The notes: generated from the letters alone by a model not told the origin. A stretch of DNA of 62,366 bases, filler included, from 4 parts of 4 records of this genome joined end to end with filler, not necessarily neighbours in it; one strand, 5' to 3'. Shown: positions 28,918 through 38,998, counted from the whole stretch's first letter. Program-made: numbers and translations.

Positions 28918-29638
28918 AACAATCAGCAAGACTGTAATCGTCACGGGAGCTAGTGGTGATATCGGAATTGCTGTGGTGCAACGGTTGTTGCAGGACGGTT
29001 ATAAAATTGCTGCTTGCTGCCATAGCAATGCGGCGCGGCTCAAAGCCTTGGCGCATAGCGAAATTGCCATTTACGATCTGGACCTGTCCCACGATGAAAG
29101 CATCAAGGATTGTGCCGTCAAAATCGGCAAAGAAGCCGACCAGATGGCTGGATTGGTGAATTGTGCAGGGGTTGCGGCGGGTAGCCTGTTTGGCATGACA
29201 AAAATCAGTGATATGCGGGCATTATTTGACGTTAATTTATTTGGAACCCTGCTGTTCACCCAATTTATTGCCAAAAAACTTATTAGACAAAAGTCCGGAT
29301 CAATTATAAATATGGCCTCCACAGCAGGAATTTTTGCCGAGCAGGGAACCCTTGCCTATGGGGCGTCAAAGGCTGCATTACTCCATGCGAGCAGGGTTTT
29401 AGCTGTTGAATTAGGTCAATTTGGGATAAGAGTGAATTCTATTGCGCCATCGGCAGTTAACTCCAAAATGGCGGATGCAATGGATGATGAGGCGCGAAAA
29501 AAACTAGATCAGCTTGGATCTTTGCCGGGCGTTACCCAGCCAGAAAATGTTGCTGATGTGGTTGCCTTTTTGATTTCTGATAGCGCTGAGGCGGTTTCTG
29601 GGGAAACCATCAGGGTAGACCGAGGAACGCCCTTTTAA
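28889..29638 (+). CDS. FabG-like short-chain dehydrogenase/reductase
   Basis: TGASGDIG, LVNCAG, YGASK (YxxxK) and IRVNSIAP. Start may be GTG 28901. Confidence 0.9.
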   Translation: MEAFVTNKIETISKTVIVTGASGDIGIAVVQRLLQDGYKIAACCHSNAARLKALAHSEIAIYDLDLSHDESIKDCAVKIGKEADQMAGLVNCAGVAAGSLFGMTKISDMRALFDVNLFGTLLFTQFIAKKLIRQKSGSIINMASTAGIFAEQGTLAYGASKAALLHASRVLAVELGQFGIRVNSIAPSAVNSKMADAMDDEARKKLDQLGSLPGVTQPENVADVVAFLISDSAEAVSGETIRVDRGTPF

Positions 29639-29687
29639 TGAATATTTGTGCGCTAGGTGCTGTATCTGGTTAGGGAGTAGAGAGTTT

Positions 29688-30938
29688 TTGTCTGAAAAAA
29701 AATATCCGGAATGGCCATCTTATTCCGAAGCGGAAATTCACAGCGTTAGTTCGGTATTGTCTTCAGGCAAGGTGAACTACTGGACGGGCTCGGTCACACG
29801 GCAATTTGAAAAAGAATTTGCAAAATGGTGTGGTGCCAAACATGCAGTTGCTGTCTCCAACGGAACCGTTGCCCTTGATCTATGTCTTATGAGCCTTGGT
29901 ATTGGTGCTCGTAACGGCGGCGGCACAAATGATGAAGTCATTGTGACACCGCGTAGTTTTGTGGCGTCGGGTTCTGTTATTGTTAACGCTGGGGCGATTC
30001 CAAAATTTGTTGATGTTTGTCCCGACAGCCAAAATATGAATCCGGCAAAGATCAAAGACACAATAACAGACAATACCAAGGCGGTTATTTGTGTGCATCT
30101 TGCCGGTTGGCCGTGCGATATCGACGCCATAAAGCATGTAATCGGCAGCCGCGATGTTAAAATAATTGAAGATTGCGCTCAGGCGCATGGCGCTTTGTAC
30201 AAGGGGCAACCAGTTGGGTCTCTTGGTGATGTAGCCGCATGGTCGTTCTGTCAGGACAAAATCATGACCACTGGCGGTGAAGGCGGCATGGTCACGTGCA
30301 ATGACCATAGACTCTGGAATAGCATCTGGAGTTACAAGGATCACGGTAAAAGTTATGATCGTGTGCATTCATCTGACCAGCCAAAGGGGTTCCGGTGGGT
30401 TCATGATCAATTTGGTTCGAACTATAGGCTTACAGAAATGCAGTCTGCCATTGGCCGGTTGCAACTTCAAAAGATGCCCTCATGGACAGCGGCACGCGCG
30501 AAGAATTCACAGATACTCATTGACGCATTTTTGCCGTTTGCCGGTATTGATGGCCCAATCCGCATTCCTACTCCAAAATGTGAAGGTTGCAACATTAACT
30601 GCCCGGCTGCAGGGGCAGTAGCGGGAGGATGTCGCCACGCATATTACCGGTTCTATGTGTTTATCCGAGCCGAGAACATGGAGCCCGCATGGTCAAGAGA
30701 TCGGATCATTGATGAAATGCTGGGCCGGTCGGTGCCATGTATGCAAGGCTCATGCTCGCAGATATATAATGAACAGTCGTTTCAATCCGCGGGATTGCAG
30801 CCTGCTTATGCGTTGCCGATTGCACAACAGCTTGGCGATAGCAGTGTGGCGTTCCTTGTGCATCCCACGTTGGATGAGGAGCATATGAAATCCATCACCG
30901 CCGCCGCAGTTTCCGTTTTCAAGCGTGCGACCAAGTAA
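29688..30938 (+). CDS. DegT/DnrJ/PglE-family PLP sugar aminotransferase
   Basis: SNGTVAL, VHLAGWP, EDCAQAHG, SFCQDKIMTTGGEGG (PLP Lys) and GSNYR. Start placed at TTG 29688 after an AGGGAG RBS. Confidence 0.92.
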   Translation: MSEKKYPEWPSYSEAEIHSVSSVLSSGKVNYWTGSVTRQFEKEFAKWCGAKHAVAVSNGTVALDLCLMSLGIGARNGGGTNDEVIVTPRSFVASGSVIVNAGAIPKFVDVCPDSQNMNPAKIKDTITDNTKAVICVHLAGWPCDIDAIKHVIGSRDVKIIEDCAQAHGALYKGQPVGSLGDVAAWSFCQDKIMTTGGEGGMVTCNDHRLWNSIWSYKDHGKSYDRVHSSDQPKGFRWVHDQFGSNYRLTEMQSAIGRLQLQKMPSWTAARAKNSQILIDAFLPFAGIDGPIRIPTPKCEGCNINCPAAGAVAGGCRHAYYRFYVFIRAENMEPAWSRDRIIDEMLGRSVPCMQGSCSQIYNEQSFQSAGLQPAYALPIAQQLGDSSVAFLVHPTLDEEHMKSITAAAVSVFKRATK

Positions 30939-30967
30939 GCCTAACAGCCAGACAATATTAATAGCGA

Positions 30968-31345
30968 TTAGCCAGAATATGCGTTTCGTGACGCAGCTAA
31001 CTCGGCCATATTTTCTGGTGTTTGATCAAACGCGATTGGCAAGGAATGAAGGGCGACCTTAATGGCGTCAAAGTCCATTTCATCGCACGCCTTTTGTAGT
31101 GACTGAAGATGAATTTTGAGTTCCTCTAGTGGCATGCTTGGCTCGTTAACGGCATGGATTTGTGGGTGCAATGTTTCCATCAACTTTCCTTCAATCACTA
31201 ATTCTTCAAACAATTTTTCCCCAGGTCTTAGTCCAGTTATTTTGATTTCAAGACTGTTCGTATGCGTGTAATCCTCACCTTCAAGAACAGGTGTTAACCC
31301 GTTCAACCGTATCATGCGCTGCGCAAGGTCCAGAATTTTAATAGG
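30968..31345 (-). CDS. C-terminal fragment of PglF/CapD/WbpM-like UDP-GlcNAc 4,6-dehydratase; 5' truncated by contig end
   Basis: [14 protein letters not shown]...[17 protein letters not shown]. The frame is open up to the N-gap. Confidence 0.88.
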   Translation of the reverse strand, partial: PIKILDLAQRMIRLNGLTPVLEGEDYTHTNSLEIKITGLRPGEKLFEELVIEGKLMETLHPQIHAVNEPSMPLEELKIHLQSLQKACDEMDFDAIKVALHSLPIAFDQTPENMAELAASRNAYSG

Positions 31346-31445
31346 NNNNNNNNNNNNNNNNNNNNNNNNNNNNNNNNNNNNNNNNNNNNTTAATTAATTA
31401 ANNNNNNNNNNNNNNNNNNNNNNNNNNNNNNNNNNNNNNNNNNNN
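31346..31445. other. Artificial contig linker
   Basis: 44 N + TTAATTAATTAA (stop codons in all six frames) + 44 N. Confidence 0.99.
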
Positions 31446-31447
31446 AA

Positions 31448-32101
31448 TTCTTAAAAGTTAAATCAGTGCCAAAACTATTTTGGAGCTCTCCATCAGCTTC
31501 GACAGTTCGCCCGCCTTTGATTTCGGTTTTTATTTTGATTTTAGGTCTTTTTTTATTTGGTCTTGGAGAAGCACTTTTAATTTCATCAGGTATTGGTGTC
31601 AGTCCTTGGACAGTATTTGCACAGGGGGTAAAAAATATAACCGGTTGGAGCATTGGTTTCGCAACTTTTATTATAAGCATTTTTGTTATGATACTTTGGG
31701 TGCCACTCAGACAAATGCCTGGCTTTGGAACAATAATGAACATAATAATTATTGCTTTAGTGCTAGATCTCGTACTTCCTTTTCTACCGAAATTCAATCA
31801 TCTAAGTCTTAAAATTGCTGAGGGTTTGATAGGGGTAATAATCACTGGCTTAGGCGGAGCCTTGTATTTAATTGCAAATCTTGGGCCTGGCCCTCGCGAT
31901 GGGTTAATGACCGGCATACAAAAAGTGACAAATTTTCCAATAGCTTGGGTACGAAGTACAATCGAATTGTCAGTTGTAGCAATTGGATGGTCCCTAGGCG
32001 GTGTAGCAGGCATCGGGACATTATTTTTTGCTTTCGGTATTGGTCCATCACTGGCAGCATCGCTTTATGGTTTACAATGCGCATTTAAAAATAAAAAATA
32101 A
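31448..32101 (+). CDS. YczE/YitT-family membrane protein; probably 5' truncated
   Basis: Hydrophobic, with GVSPW, PGFGT, LGPGPRDGLM and GIGT..FA..IGP motifs. The frame is open back to the contig edge. Confidence 0.8.
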   Translation, partial: FLKVKSVPKLFWSSPSASTVRPPLISVFILILGLFLFGLGEALLISSGIGVSPWTVFAQGVKNITGWSIGFATFIISIFVMILWVPLRQMPGFGTIMNIIIIALVLDLVLPFLPKFNHLSLKIAEGLIGVIITGLGGALYLIANLGPGPRDGLMTGIQKVTNFPIAWVRSTIELSVVAIGWSLGGVAGIGTLFFAFGIGPSLAASLYGLQCAFKNKK

Positions 32102-32268
32102 ACTGTTGGGTCCGGTGCTTCTATGAGACAAAAATCAAACTAAAATTTTATTTTTTCTAACAGCTTTTAAATCAAGATTTAAATAGAAACAACTTTTTAA
32201 CTAGGAGACTAATCTACTAATGATTACAGCCTCTGCCATTTAAAGGCTTCACTAACTGTCTGGAAAGA

Positions 32269-34260
32269 TTATGCCAAACCTAACATTTTTTTCTTATCTG
32301 CAGCCCACTTCATAATTGTAAAATCAAAAGTCAACGCCATCAAAGAGACGCATATTCCAAGGACAAAGTTTTTGCCTAAATCTGTTCCCGCTAGAGTTCT
32401 TTGTAGTTCTTGACCTAGATCTTGAGTTCCAATGAAGGCCGCTATTATCACCATGAAAAATGCAAACATGATAGCTTGATTGAATCCAACTGCCATTGTT
32501 GGTAGCGCTAATGGTAGCTGTACACTCCAAAGCTTTTGAATGCGTGTTGCACCAGACATATCTGCCGCCTCAGTCATCTCTTGGGGGACTGTTCGCAGTC
32601 CTTCAATCGTATAACGCGTCAACGGTACCATTGCAAAAATAAGAATCGAAAAAATTACTGCAATATCCGTAATGCCAAAAAGCATAATAGCTGGGATCAA
32701 ATAGACAAAACTGGGAAAAGTTTGCGCCGTATCACAAATAAGCAGAACACGTTCTGACCATTTCACTGACCGCGCTGCAAAAATACCAACGGGCAAGCCT
32801 ATTAATGCGGCTAAGATTACGGCAGATATTACAGAGTATAACGTAATGATGGCGCGATCCCACCAACCTGATAATGCCACAAGCGAGAAAAAAATAAGGG
32901 CAAAAATTGCTTCTTTTCTTCCTGCAATACTAAGGGCAAACGCAACCACCAGTAAAATAAAACCTGGAGTTGGAATCGATAGCAGGAAATTCCTGAATGG
33001 TATCAGAACTTGGACGTTCAAAAAAGCTCTTAGAAAACCCGTTGTTACCTTTACCCATTCGATATTCAAAAATCCTTTAATAATGTTATCAAGCTCTTTA
33101 CCTTGGCTAAAGTTCTGACCGCGCCCCACCTCTGCTAAAAATGGAATTACTAATGATAGAAGTGTGAAACCGACAAAAACCGCAAGACCGAGCAACAGCA
33201 TACTATGACGTTTCCATAAAGGAGTTCCACGTTCGAAATGTTCAGGTTGTTTTATTACCCATGCTTTTGACATCCTATCCAACATGACTGCTAGTAAAAC
33301 AATGGTAACGCCAATTTCAAATGAGCGACCAAGCTTAAAACTACCCATCATTGCCAGCAGTTTTGCACCAAGGCCTGGCATTCCAATGAATGCAGTCAAA
33401 ACCACCATTGCCAGACACAACATAATAACTTGGTTCACACCAACAAGGATTTCAGTACGGGCCGAAGGAATATAAACATGGCGCAGCATCTGACCACGAG
33501 TACAGCCACTCATTTTACCAGCTTCAATAACTTCCGAAGATACTTTCTTGAGGCCTAATGTCGTCATTAAAATCATAGGAGGTATAGCATAAATAGTTGT
33601 AGCAACAGCACCAGCTGTCGGCCCTACTTTGAAAAATATAACAGCTGGTAAAAGGTAAGTGAAAAATGGCAAAGTTTGGAGAACTGATAAAATGGGCTTT
33701 ATAACACGATCCACCCACGGGTATTTCCAAGCCGCAACTCCAAGTGACAGACCGATGGCAAAAGCAAGAGGCGCCGCAATCGTCAGAACAGACATTGTCT
33801 GCATTGCAATTTTCCACTGCCCGATAAGTGCAGTCCAAACCATTGTTCCGCCGCCAAGCAATGCGAGCTTCCAACCCCCCAAATAATAGCCAATCACGGC
33901 AGCGACTGCAGCAACTGCAGTCCAAGGCATTGGACCGACGTTAGGAAAGCGCCTTTTCCCAAAAAAGACGTTAGCAGAAAAATCTAATAACCATTCAAGT
34001 CCACCAGTCAAAAATCGGGTAAATACCAGAACACCGAGATCATCTTTTACAAAGTTAAAAATGACATCTAACCATTGCGCAAAATTGGGAATGATTTCTT
34101 CTGGAACTCGGTATAGCCAGGCAGGCAGAGAACCTAAATATTGCAACAAAATCATGAAAATTGCTATAAAAACCATCGCAATGGCTAATTGAAAATCTGT
34201 ATAGTAGCCCTTACCCGCTGGAATTTTTACAATCTCAGAACTCATTTTTTTCAGATCCAA
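32269..34260 (-). CDS. tmoV: ABC permease with two fused ProW-type domains (TMAO transporter permease)
   Basis: Two BPD_transp_1 repeats (QTLPFFTYL/EAGKMSG and QTFPSFVYL/EAADMSG). In an operon with a TmoX-like binding protein. Confidence 0.75.
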   Translation of the reverse strand: MDLKKMSSEIVKIPAGKGYYTDFQLAIAMVFIAIFMILLQYLGSLPAWLYRVPEEIIPNFAQWLDVIFNFVKDDLGVLVFTRFLTGGLEWLLDFSANVFFGKRRFPNVGPMPWTAVAAVAAVIGYYLGGWKLALLGGGTMVWTALIGQWKIAMQTMSVLTIAAPLAFAIGLSLGVAAWKYPWVDRVIKPILSVLQTLPFFTYLLPAVIFFKVGPTAGAVATTIYAIPPMILMTTLGLKKVSSEVIEAGKMSGCTRGQMLRHVYIPSARTEILVGVNQVIMLCLAMVVLTAFIGMPGLGAKLLAMMGSFKLGRSFEIGVTIVLLAVMLDRMSKAWVIKQPEHFERGTPLWKRHSMLLLGLAVFVGFTLLSLVIPFLAEVGRGQNFSQGKELDNIIKGFLNIEWVKVTTGFLRAFLNVQVLIPFRNFLLSIPTPGFILLVVAFALSIAGRKEAIFALIFFSLVALSGWWDRAIITLYSVISAVILAALIGLPVGIFAARSVKWSERVLLICDTAQTFPSFVYLIPAIMLFGITDIAVIFSILIFAMVPLTRYTIEGLRTVPQEMTEAADMSGATRIQKLWSVQLPLALPTMAVGFNQAIMFAFFMVIIAAFIGTQDLGQELQRTLAGTDLGKNFVLGICVSLMALTFDFTIMKWAADKKKMLGLA

Positions 34261-35266
34261 GCAAAATATCTAATGCATCTTTTCGTGGCATAGCCCCAAT
34301 TAAGCTGTCACCATTTTTGACTGGAATCATTTCACGACTATCATTTACAAGCATGCGGGCCATATCGTGCACAGTGGTCATAGCATCTAATGCATCACCC
34401 TCTCCAACTACGCCTTTTTGCGTAAGCACCCCGGCATGAACTACGCGGGCTTTATCAATGTCTTCAGTAAATTTACGGACATAATCAGTCGCTGGATGCA
34501 ATACAATTTGATCCGGAGTATCGCATTGTTCGACCGCACCGTCTTTCATAATTGCAATTCGGTCCGCCAGCCTTAGCGCTTCGTCAAAGTCATGTGTGAT
34601 AAACACAATGGTCTTATTAAGCATTTGTTGCAGTCGCAAAAACTCATCCTGCATTTCCTTACGGATAAGCGGGTCAAGCGCACTGAATGGTTCATCTAAA
34701 AACCAAATATCTGGTTCAATTGCCAAACTGCGTGCGATGCCTACACGTTGTTGTTGTCCACCTGACAATTCTCTTGGGAAATAATCTTCACGGCCCTCGA
34801 GACCAACAAGTTTAACTACTTCTAAAGCCCGTTCACGACGCGTATGTTTATCTTGGCCACGCATCTCTAACGGAAATGCAACATTTTGCAAAACAGTCCG
34901 GTGCGGCAGTAATCCAAATGATTGAAAAACCATACCCATTTTAGACCGACGCAGTTCGATTAAATCATTTTCAGACATAGAAACGATGTCCTGACCCTCA
35001 ACTGCGATTGTACCTCCAGTGACATCATGCAGTCGAGAAAAGCAACGTACAAGAGTTGACTTTCCAGAGCCTGACAGGCCCATGATTACGAGCATTTCAC
35101 CTTTATTGACGTCAATAGAGACGTCTCGAACTCCAGAAATATAGCCAGCCGCACGGATTTCTTCAAAAGTCATATCATCCGACATATTATTCAAAAACTT
35201 TTTGGGGTCAGGTCCAAAAATTTTCCAAACGTTTTTACAGGAAATGACCGGAATATCGATAGACAT
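34235..35266 (-). CDS. tmoW: ABC ATP-binding subunit, ProV-like (TMAO transporter)
   Basis: GLSGSGKST, LSGGQQQRV, DEPFSALDPLIR and FITHD. Confidence 0.75.
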   Translation of the reverse strand: MSIDIPVISCKNVWKIFGPDPKKFLNNMSDDMTFEEIRAAGYISGVRDVSIDVNKGEMLVIMGLSGSGKSTLVRCFSRLHDVTGGTIAVEGQDIVSMSENDLIELRRSKMGMVFQSFGLLPHRTVLQNVAFPLEMRGQDKHTRRERALEVVKLVGLEGREDYFPRELSGGQQQRVGIARSLAIEPDIWFLDEPFSALDPLIRKEMQDEFLRLQQMLNKTIVFITHDFDEALRLADRIAIMKDGAVEQCDTPDQIVLHPATDYVRKFTEDIDKARVVHAGVLTQKGVVGEGDALDAMTTVHDMARMLVNDSREMIPVKNGDSLIGAMPRKDALDILLGSEKNEF

Positions 35267-35303
35267 GGTTATCCTTTTAGGTGGCTAATGATATTGTTAG
35301 ATA

Positions 35304-35329
35304 TCCCCACCCAGATAACTGGACGGGGA
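35304..35329 (-). other. Intergenic stem-loop downstream of the substrate-binding protein gene
   Basis: Imperfect inverted repeat TCCCCACCCAG-ATAA-CTGGACGGGGA with no clear U-tract. Confidence 0.5.
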
Positions 35330-35352
35330 CAATTCAAAACACCTAAGGAAGT

Positions 35353-36342
<990 letters not shown>

Positions 36343-36573
36343 TCATTTGTTGACGACCTCAGACACAAAATTCAGCGATTCTGTATGCTGCAGTATGCAT
36401 CTACCATCAGTCTCGCAGATTATTCCTGTCAATCAAGTTTTTTTCTTATCAGTGCTATAATTTAATTAGCTATGGATGTCGCAAATGCAACGGTCAAAGT
36501 CTAATCTCAAACTTCACAAATGAATATTTTTTATAATATATTAGAAATAATATAGCTGATATAGGAGCTAATT

Positions 36574-36822
36574 GTGCACTACTCGGGTTTCAAAGTTATC
36601 AAAGAGGCCTTGACCGGCCATAAAGGGTGGCAGCCCGCTTGGCGCGACCCAGAGCCACAAGGCTATTATGATATCATAATCATTGGAGGTGGTGGGCACG
36701 GATTAGCAACAGCGTTTTATCTCGCAAAAGAATTCGAACAAAAGCGCATTGCAGTGATCGAGAAAGGTTGGATCGGAGGCGGCAATGTCGGGCGTAATAC
36801 AACTATTATTCGTTCAAATTAT
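36574..36822 (+). CDS. Sarcosine oxidase beta / N-methylglutamate dehydrogenase subunit A-like; 3' truncated
   Basis: [24 protein letters not shown] and [29 protein letters not shown] precedes the GTG. Confidence 0.88.
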
Positions 36823-36922
36823 NNNNNNNNNNNNNNNNNNNNNNNNNNNNNNNNNNNNNNNNNNNNTTAATTAATTAANNNNNNNNNNNNNNNNNNNNNN
36901 NNNNNNNNNNNNNNNNNNNNNN
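36823..36922. other. Artificial contig linker
   Basis: N44-TTAATTAATTAA-N44. Confidence 0.99.
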
Positions 36923-36923
36923 C

Positions 36924-37562
36924 CTCAAGGGCGGACAAGGCGATGATATTCTTCAAGGTGGTAAAGGGAGCGATGTCCTCAAGGGGGGAGATGGCGACGA
37001 CACCCTTATCGGAGACAGTGCGACTGAAACAAAAGAACCTACTGGAGTTCCGATTGGTGAAAACCTAATTGTAAATGGTAGTTTCGAAAATCATGGTGAC
37101 CTAAATCGAGGTAGCTGGGGTACATTTGATAAAATAGAGGGTTGGCAAAGTGCAGAAGGTAGCATCGAAATCCAAGAAGGTAAACACGGTGGCACCCCTG
37201 GCGCTGCAGAAGGCGATTCGGTTTTAGAACTGGATGCACACAATGGACGAGACACTAACGCATCTGTTTTTCAGGATATAAGAACAGGAACAGATGGAAC
37301 TTTTAAACTGTCTTTCTCTTTCTCCGCCCGTGAAATTGGCAATGCTGCCAATACTTCGGCTTCGAACACGACAGAAGTTTACTGGGGTGGAGAAAAAATC
37401 GCAACCCTTTCAGCCGACCAAAAGGGTTGGAATACACATGAATTCGACTTGTCGGTTAATCCCGAAAGTAATGACACCACTCGATTAGAATTTCGGGGCA
37501 CCGGAACTGATGATGGGGTCGGAGGATTGATCGATAATGTTTCCGTCATGCGTATTCTTTGA
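36924..37562 (+). CDS. C-terminal 212 aa of an RTX (hemolysin-type Ca-binding) repeat protein ending in a DUF642/CBM-like beta-sandwich; 5' truncated; absent from ORF track
   Basis: Manual translation gives LKGGQGDDILQGGKGSDVLKGGDGDDTLIGD...ENLIVNGSFE...IEGW...IEIQ...AAEG.SVLELD...VFQDI...EVYWGG...W...RLEFRGTG..DG.GGLIDNVSVMRIL*. Confidence 0.88.
   Translation, partial: LKGGQGDDILQGGKGSDVLKGGDGDDTLIGDSATETKEPTGVPIGENLIVNGSFENHGDLNRGSWGTFDKIEGWQSAEGSIEIQEGKHGGTPGAAEGDSVLELDAHNGRDTNASVFQDIRTGTDGTFKLSFSFSAREIGNAANTSASNTTEVYWGGEKIATLSADQKGWNTHEFDLSVNPESNDTTRLEFRGTGTDDGVGGLIDNVSVMRIL
36930..37010 (+). repeat. Three tandem RTX nonapeptides (GGxGxDxLx)
   Basis: GGQGDDILQ, GGKGSDVLK and GGDGDDTLI with 27-nt periodicity. 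Confidence 0.9.
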
Positions 37563-37761
37563 ATTCCGTAAAGTAACTTTCATTCCTCCGGCTAGTATTG
37601 TGTAATCTAAGATTTATTACATCAGAAGTAATCTAAATTTGAATACTATCTGCCTCCCAGGATCAGAATGCCGCTAAATTGTTCCTATAAAGCATTAATC
37701 CTTAACCTTATACATAAGGATTGAGGAATTGCCTTTCTCATGGCAAAATAAAATATCTTTC

Positions 37762-38997
37762 ATGGCTCCACTTTATCGATCAGATTCATTAGACAGCTTA
37801 GTAACAAGTGACGACTTGGACCAAGCATCATTACTAATTAGATTTAGGTCTTTGCTATTTTTATTTGTATTTATTGTACTTATTCTGATCGCAATTGCCT
37901 GCGCCCTTCTTATCGAAGTCCCCATCAAAGTAAATGGCCCGGCAGTTATTTGGTCGGATGAGGGTGTAATGCAAGTCACAGCTGAGCATTCCGGAACAGT
38001 TACATCGATCAAAGCAAAAGTCGGAGACCGCATTGAATATAACCAAACTATTGCGATCTTGGATCAGAGATTGGTACGCGACAAGTTGGAATCAACTCAA
38101 GAAAAATGGGCGGCACTTAAAACGAATATATACAAGCTCGAAATCCTACAAAGGAAAGACAAAAGAGAAAGAGATTTCATTCAGGGAAAAATCTCCACAA
38201 TCCGAAAGGAATCTGAAGAATTGAACAACAATCGCATGAATCGATTGCAAATTAGAAAAACAGAACTAAAGAAATTGCATGCGGATGGATTAATCCTTTT
38301 CGACCAATATAATCTGCTGTTTGACCAGATAGAAAATACCGAAGAAAGTCTAATCCAAGAAAAGCGGATGGATTTAACAGAACAAAAAGAAGAACAGCGC
38401 AAAGAAACTTCTGATGATCGCGAACTTTTACAAAAGAGACTGGAAGCAGATCAACTTTACAGTGAAGTTACACTTTTAAAAAAACAAATCGATAACCAAG
38501 GCGAACTTAGAGCACAAGTTTCGGGCCGCGTAGTTGAAATCACCTCGTCTGTTGGTGATTTTTTGTCCCCTGGTGCACCAGTAATTTTAGTACAACCTGA
38601 CTCAAGCGAGGACAAAATGACTTTTGTTGTTTTCATTTCAAGCGAACAGGTAAAACCGGTTAAAAAAAATATGGAAACTGAGTTACAGCTATCTGCTTTT
38701 CCGCCCACTAAATACGGTAAATTGATGGCAAAGGTAAAAGATATTTCCCCCATGCCCCTCTCCTCTTCTGCATTGATGAAAGAATTAAGAAATGATCAAC
38801 TGGTTCAAAGGATATCGGAAGTAGGCAGTCCTTTCATGGTAAAAGTGGACATCATTCGGAATGAAAAAACGGGAGAACTCAAGTGGAGCTCTGCCTCAGA
38901 TACCAAACGAGAATTACAGGTCGGCATGGTCGGACAAGGGAGTATCATCACACGATGGGAAAAGTTAATTTGGCTGCTTTTGCCGCAAACCGAGTGA
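37762..38997 (+). CDS. HlyD-family membrane fusion protein, NHLM/NHLP bacteriocin-system type
   Basis: N-terminal LYRSDSLDSL.TSDDLDQ, one TM segment, lipoyl-like halves around a long coiled coil, YGKL and C-terminal LKWSS. Alternative TTG start at 37729. Confidence 0.85.
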   Translation: MAPLYRSDSLDSLVTSDDLDQASLLIRFRSLLFLFVFIVLILIAIACALLIEVPIKVNGPAVIWSDEGVMQVTAEHSGTVTSIKAKVGDRIEYNQTIAILDQRLVRDKLESTQEKWAALKTNIYKLEILQRKDKRERDFIQGKISTIRKESEELNNNRMNRLQIRKTELKKLHADGLILFDQYNLLFDQIENTEESLIQEKRMDLTEQKEEQRKETSDDRELLQKRLEADQLYSEVTLLKKQIDNQGELRAQVSGRVVEITSSVGDFLSPGAPVILVQPDSSEDKMTFVVFISSEQVKPVKKNMETELQLSAFPPTKYGKLMAKVKDISPMPLSSSALMKELRNDQLVQRISEVGSPFMVKVDIIRNEKTGELKWSSASDTKRELQVGMVGQGSIITRWEKLIWLLLPQTE

Positions 38998-38998
38998 C

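Noticed and set aside
22042-29638. PKS/NRPS secondary-metabolite cluster
   Set aside because: No ketosynthase, condensation or thioesterase domain; the interleaved sugar transferase and aminotransferase point to glycan tailoring.
31390-31797. ORFs running into the linkers and the TTAATTAATTAA repeat as a biological element
   Set aside because: Artificial six-frame-stop spacer. The ORF-track ends at 31390, 36870, 57224 and 57227 are artefacts.
37039-37488. ORF-track peptides 37039-37239 (-) and 37294-37488 (+) as bacteriocin precursors
   Set aside because: Both overlap the RTX/DUF642 reading frame and lack a GG-type leader; they are shadow ORFs.
36574-37562. Fusion or functional link between soxB/mgdA and the RTX fragment
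   Set aside because: They are separated by a contig linker and come from different contigs, probably different organisms.
37601-37621. NtcA or CRP box
   Set aside because: The spacing is TGTA-N13-TACA rather than GTA-N8-TAC, and it does not match TGTGA-N6-TCACA.
37563-37761. Hidden small RiPP precursor between the RTX gene and hlyD
   Set aside because: I saw no credible RBS-led ORF with a leader motif in this AT-rich interval.
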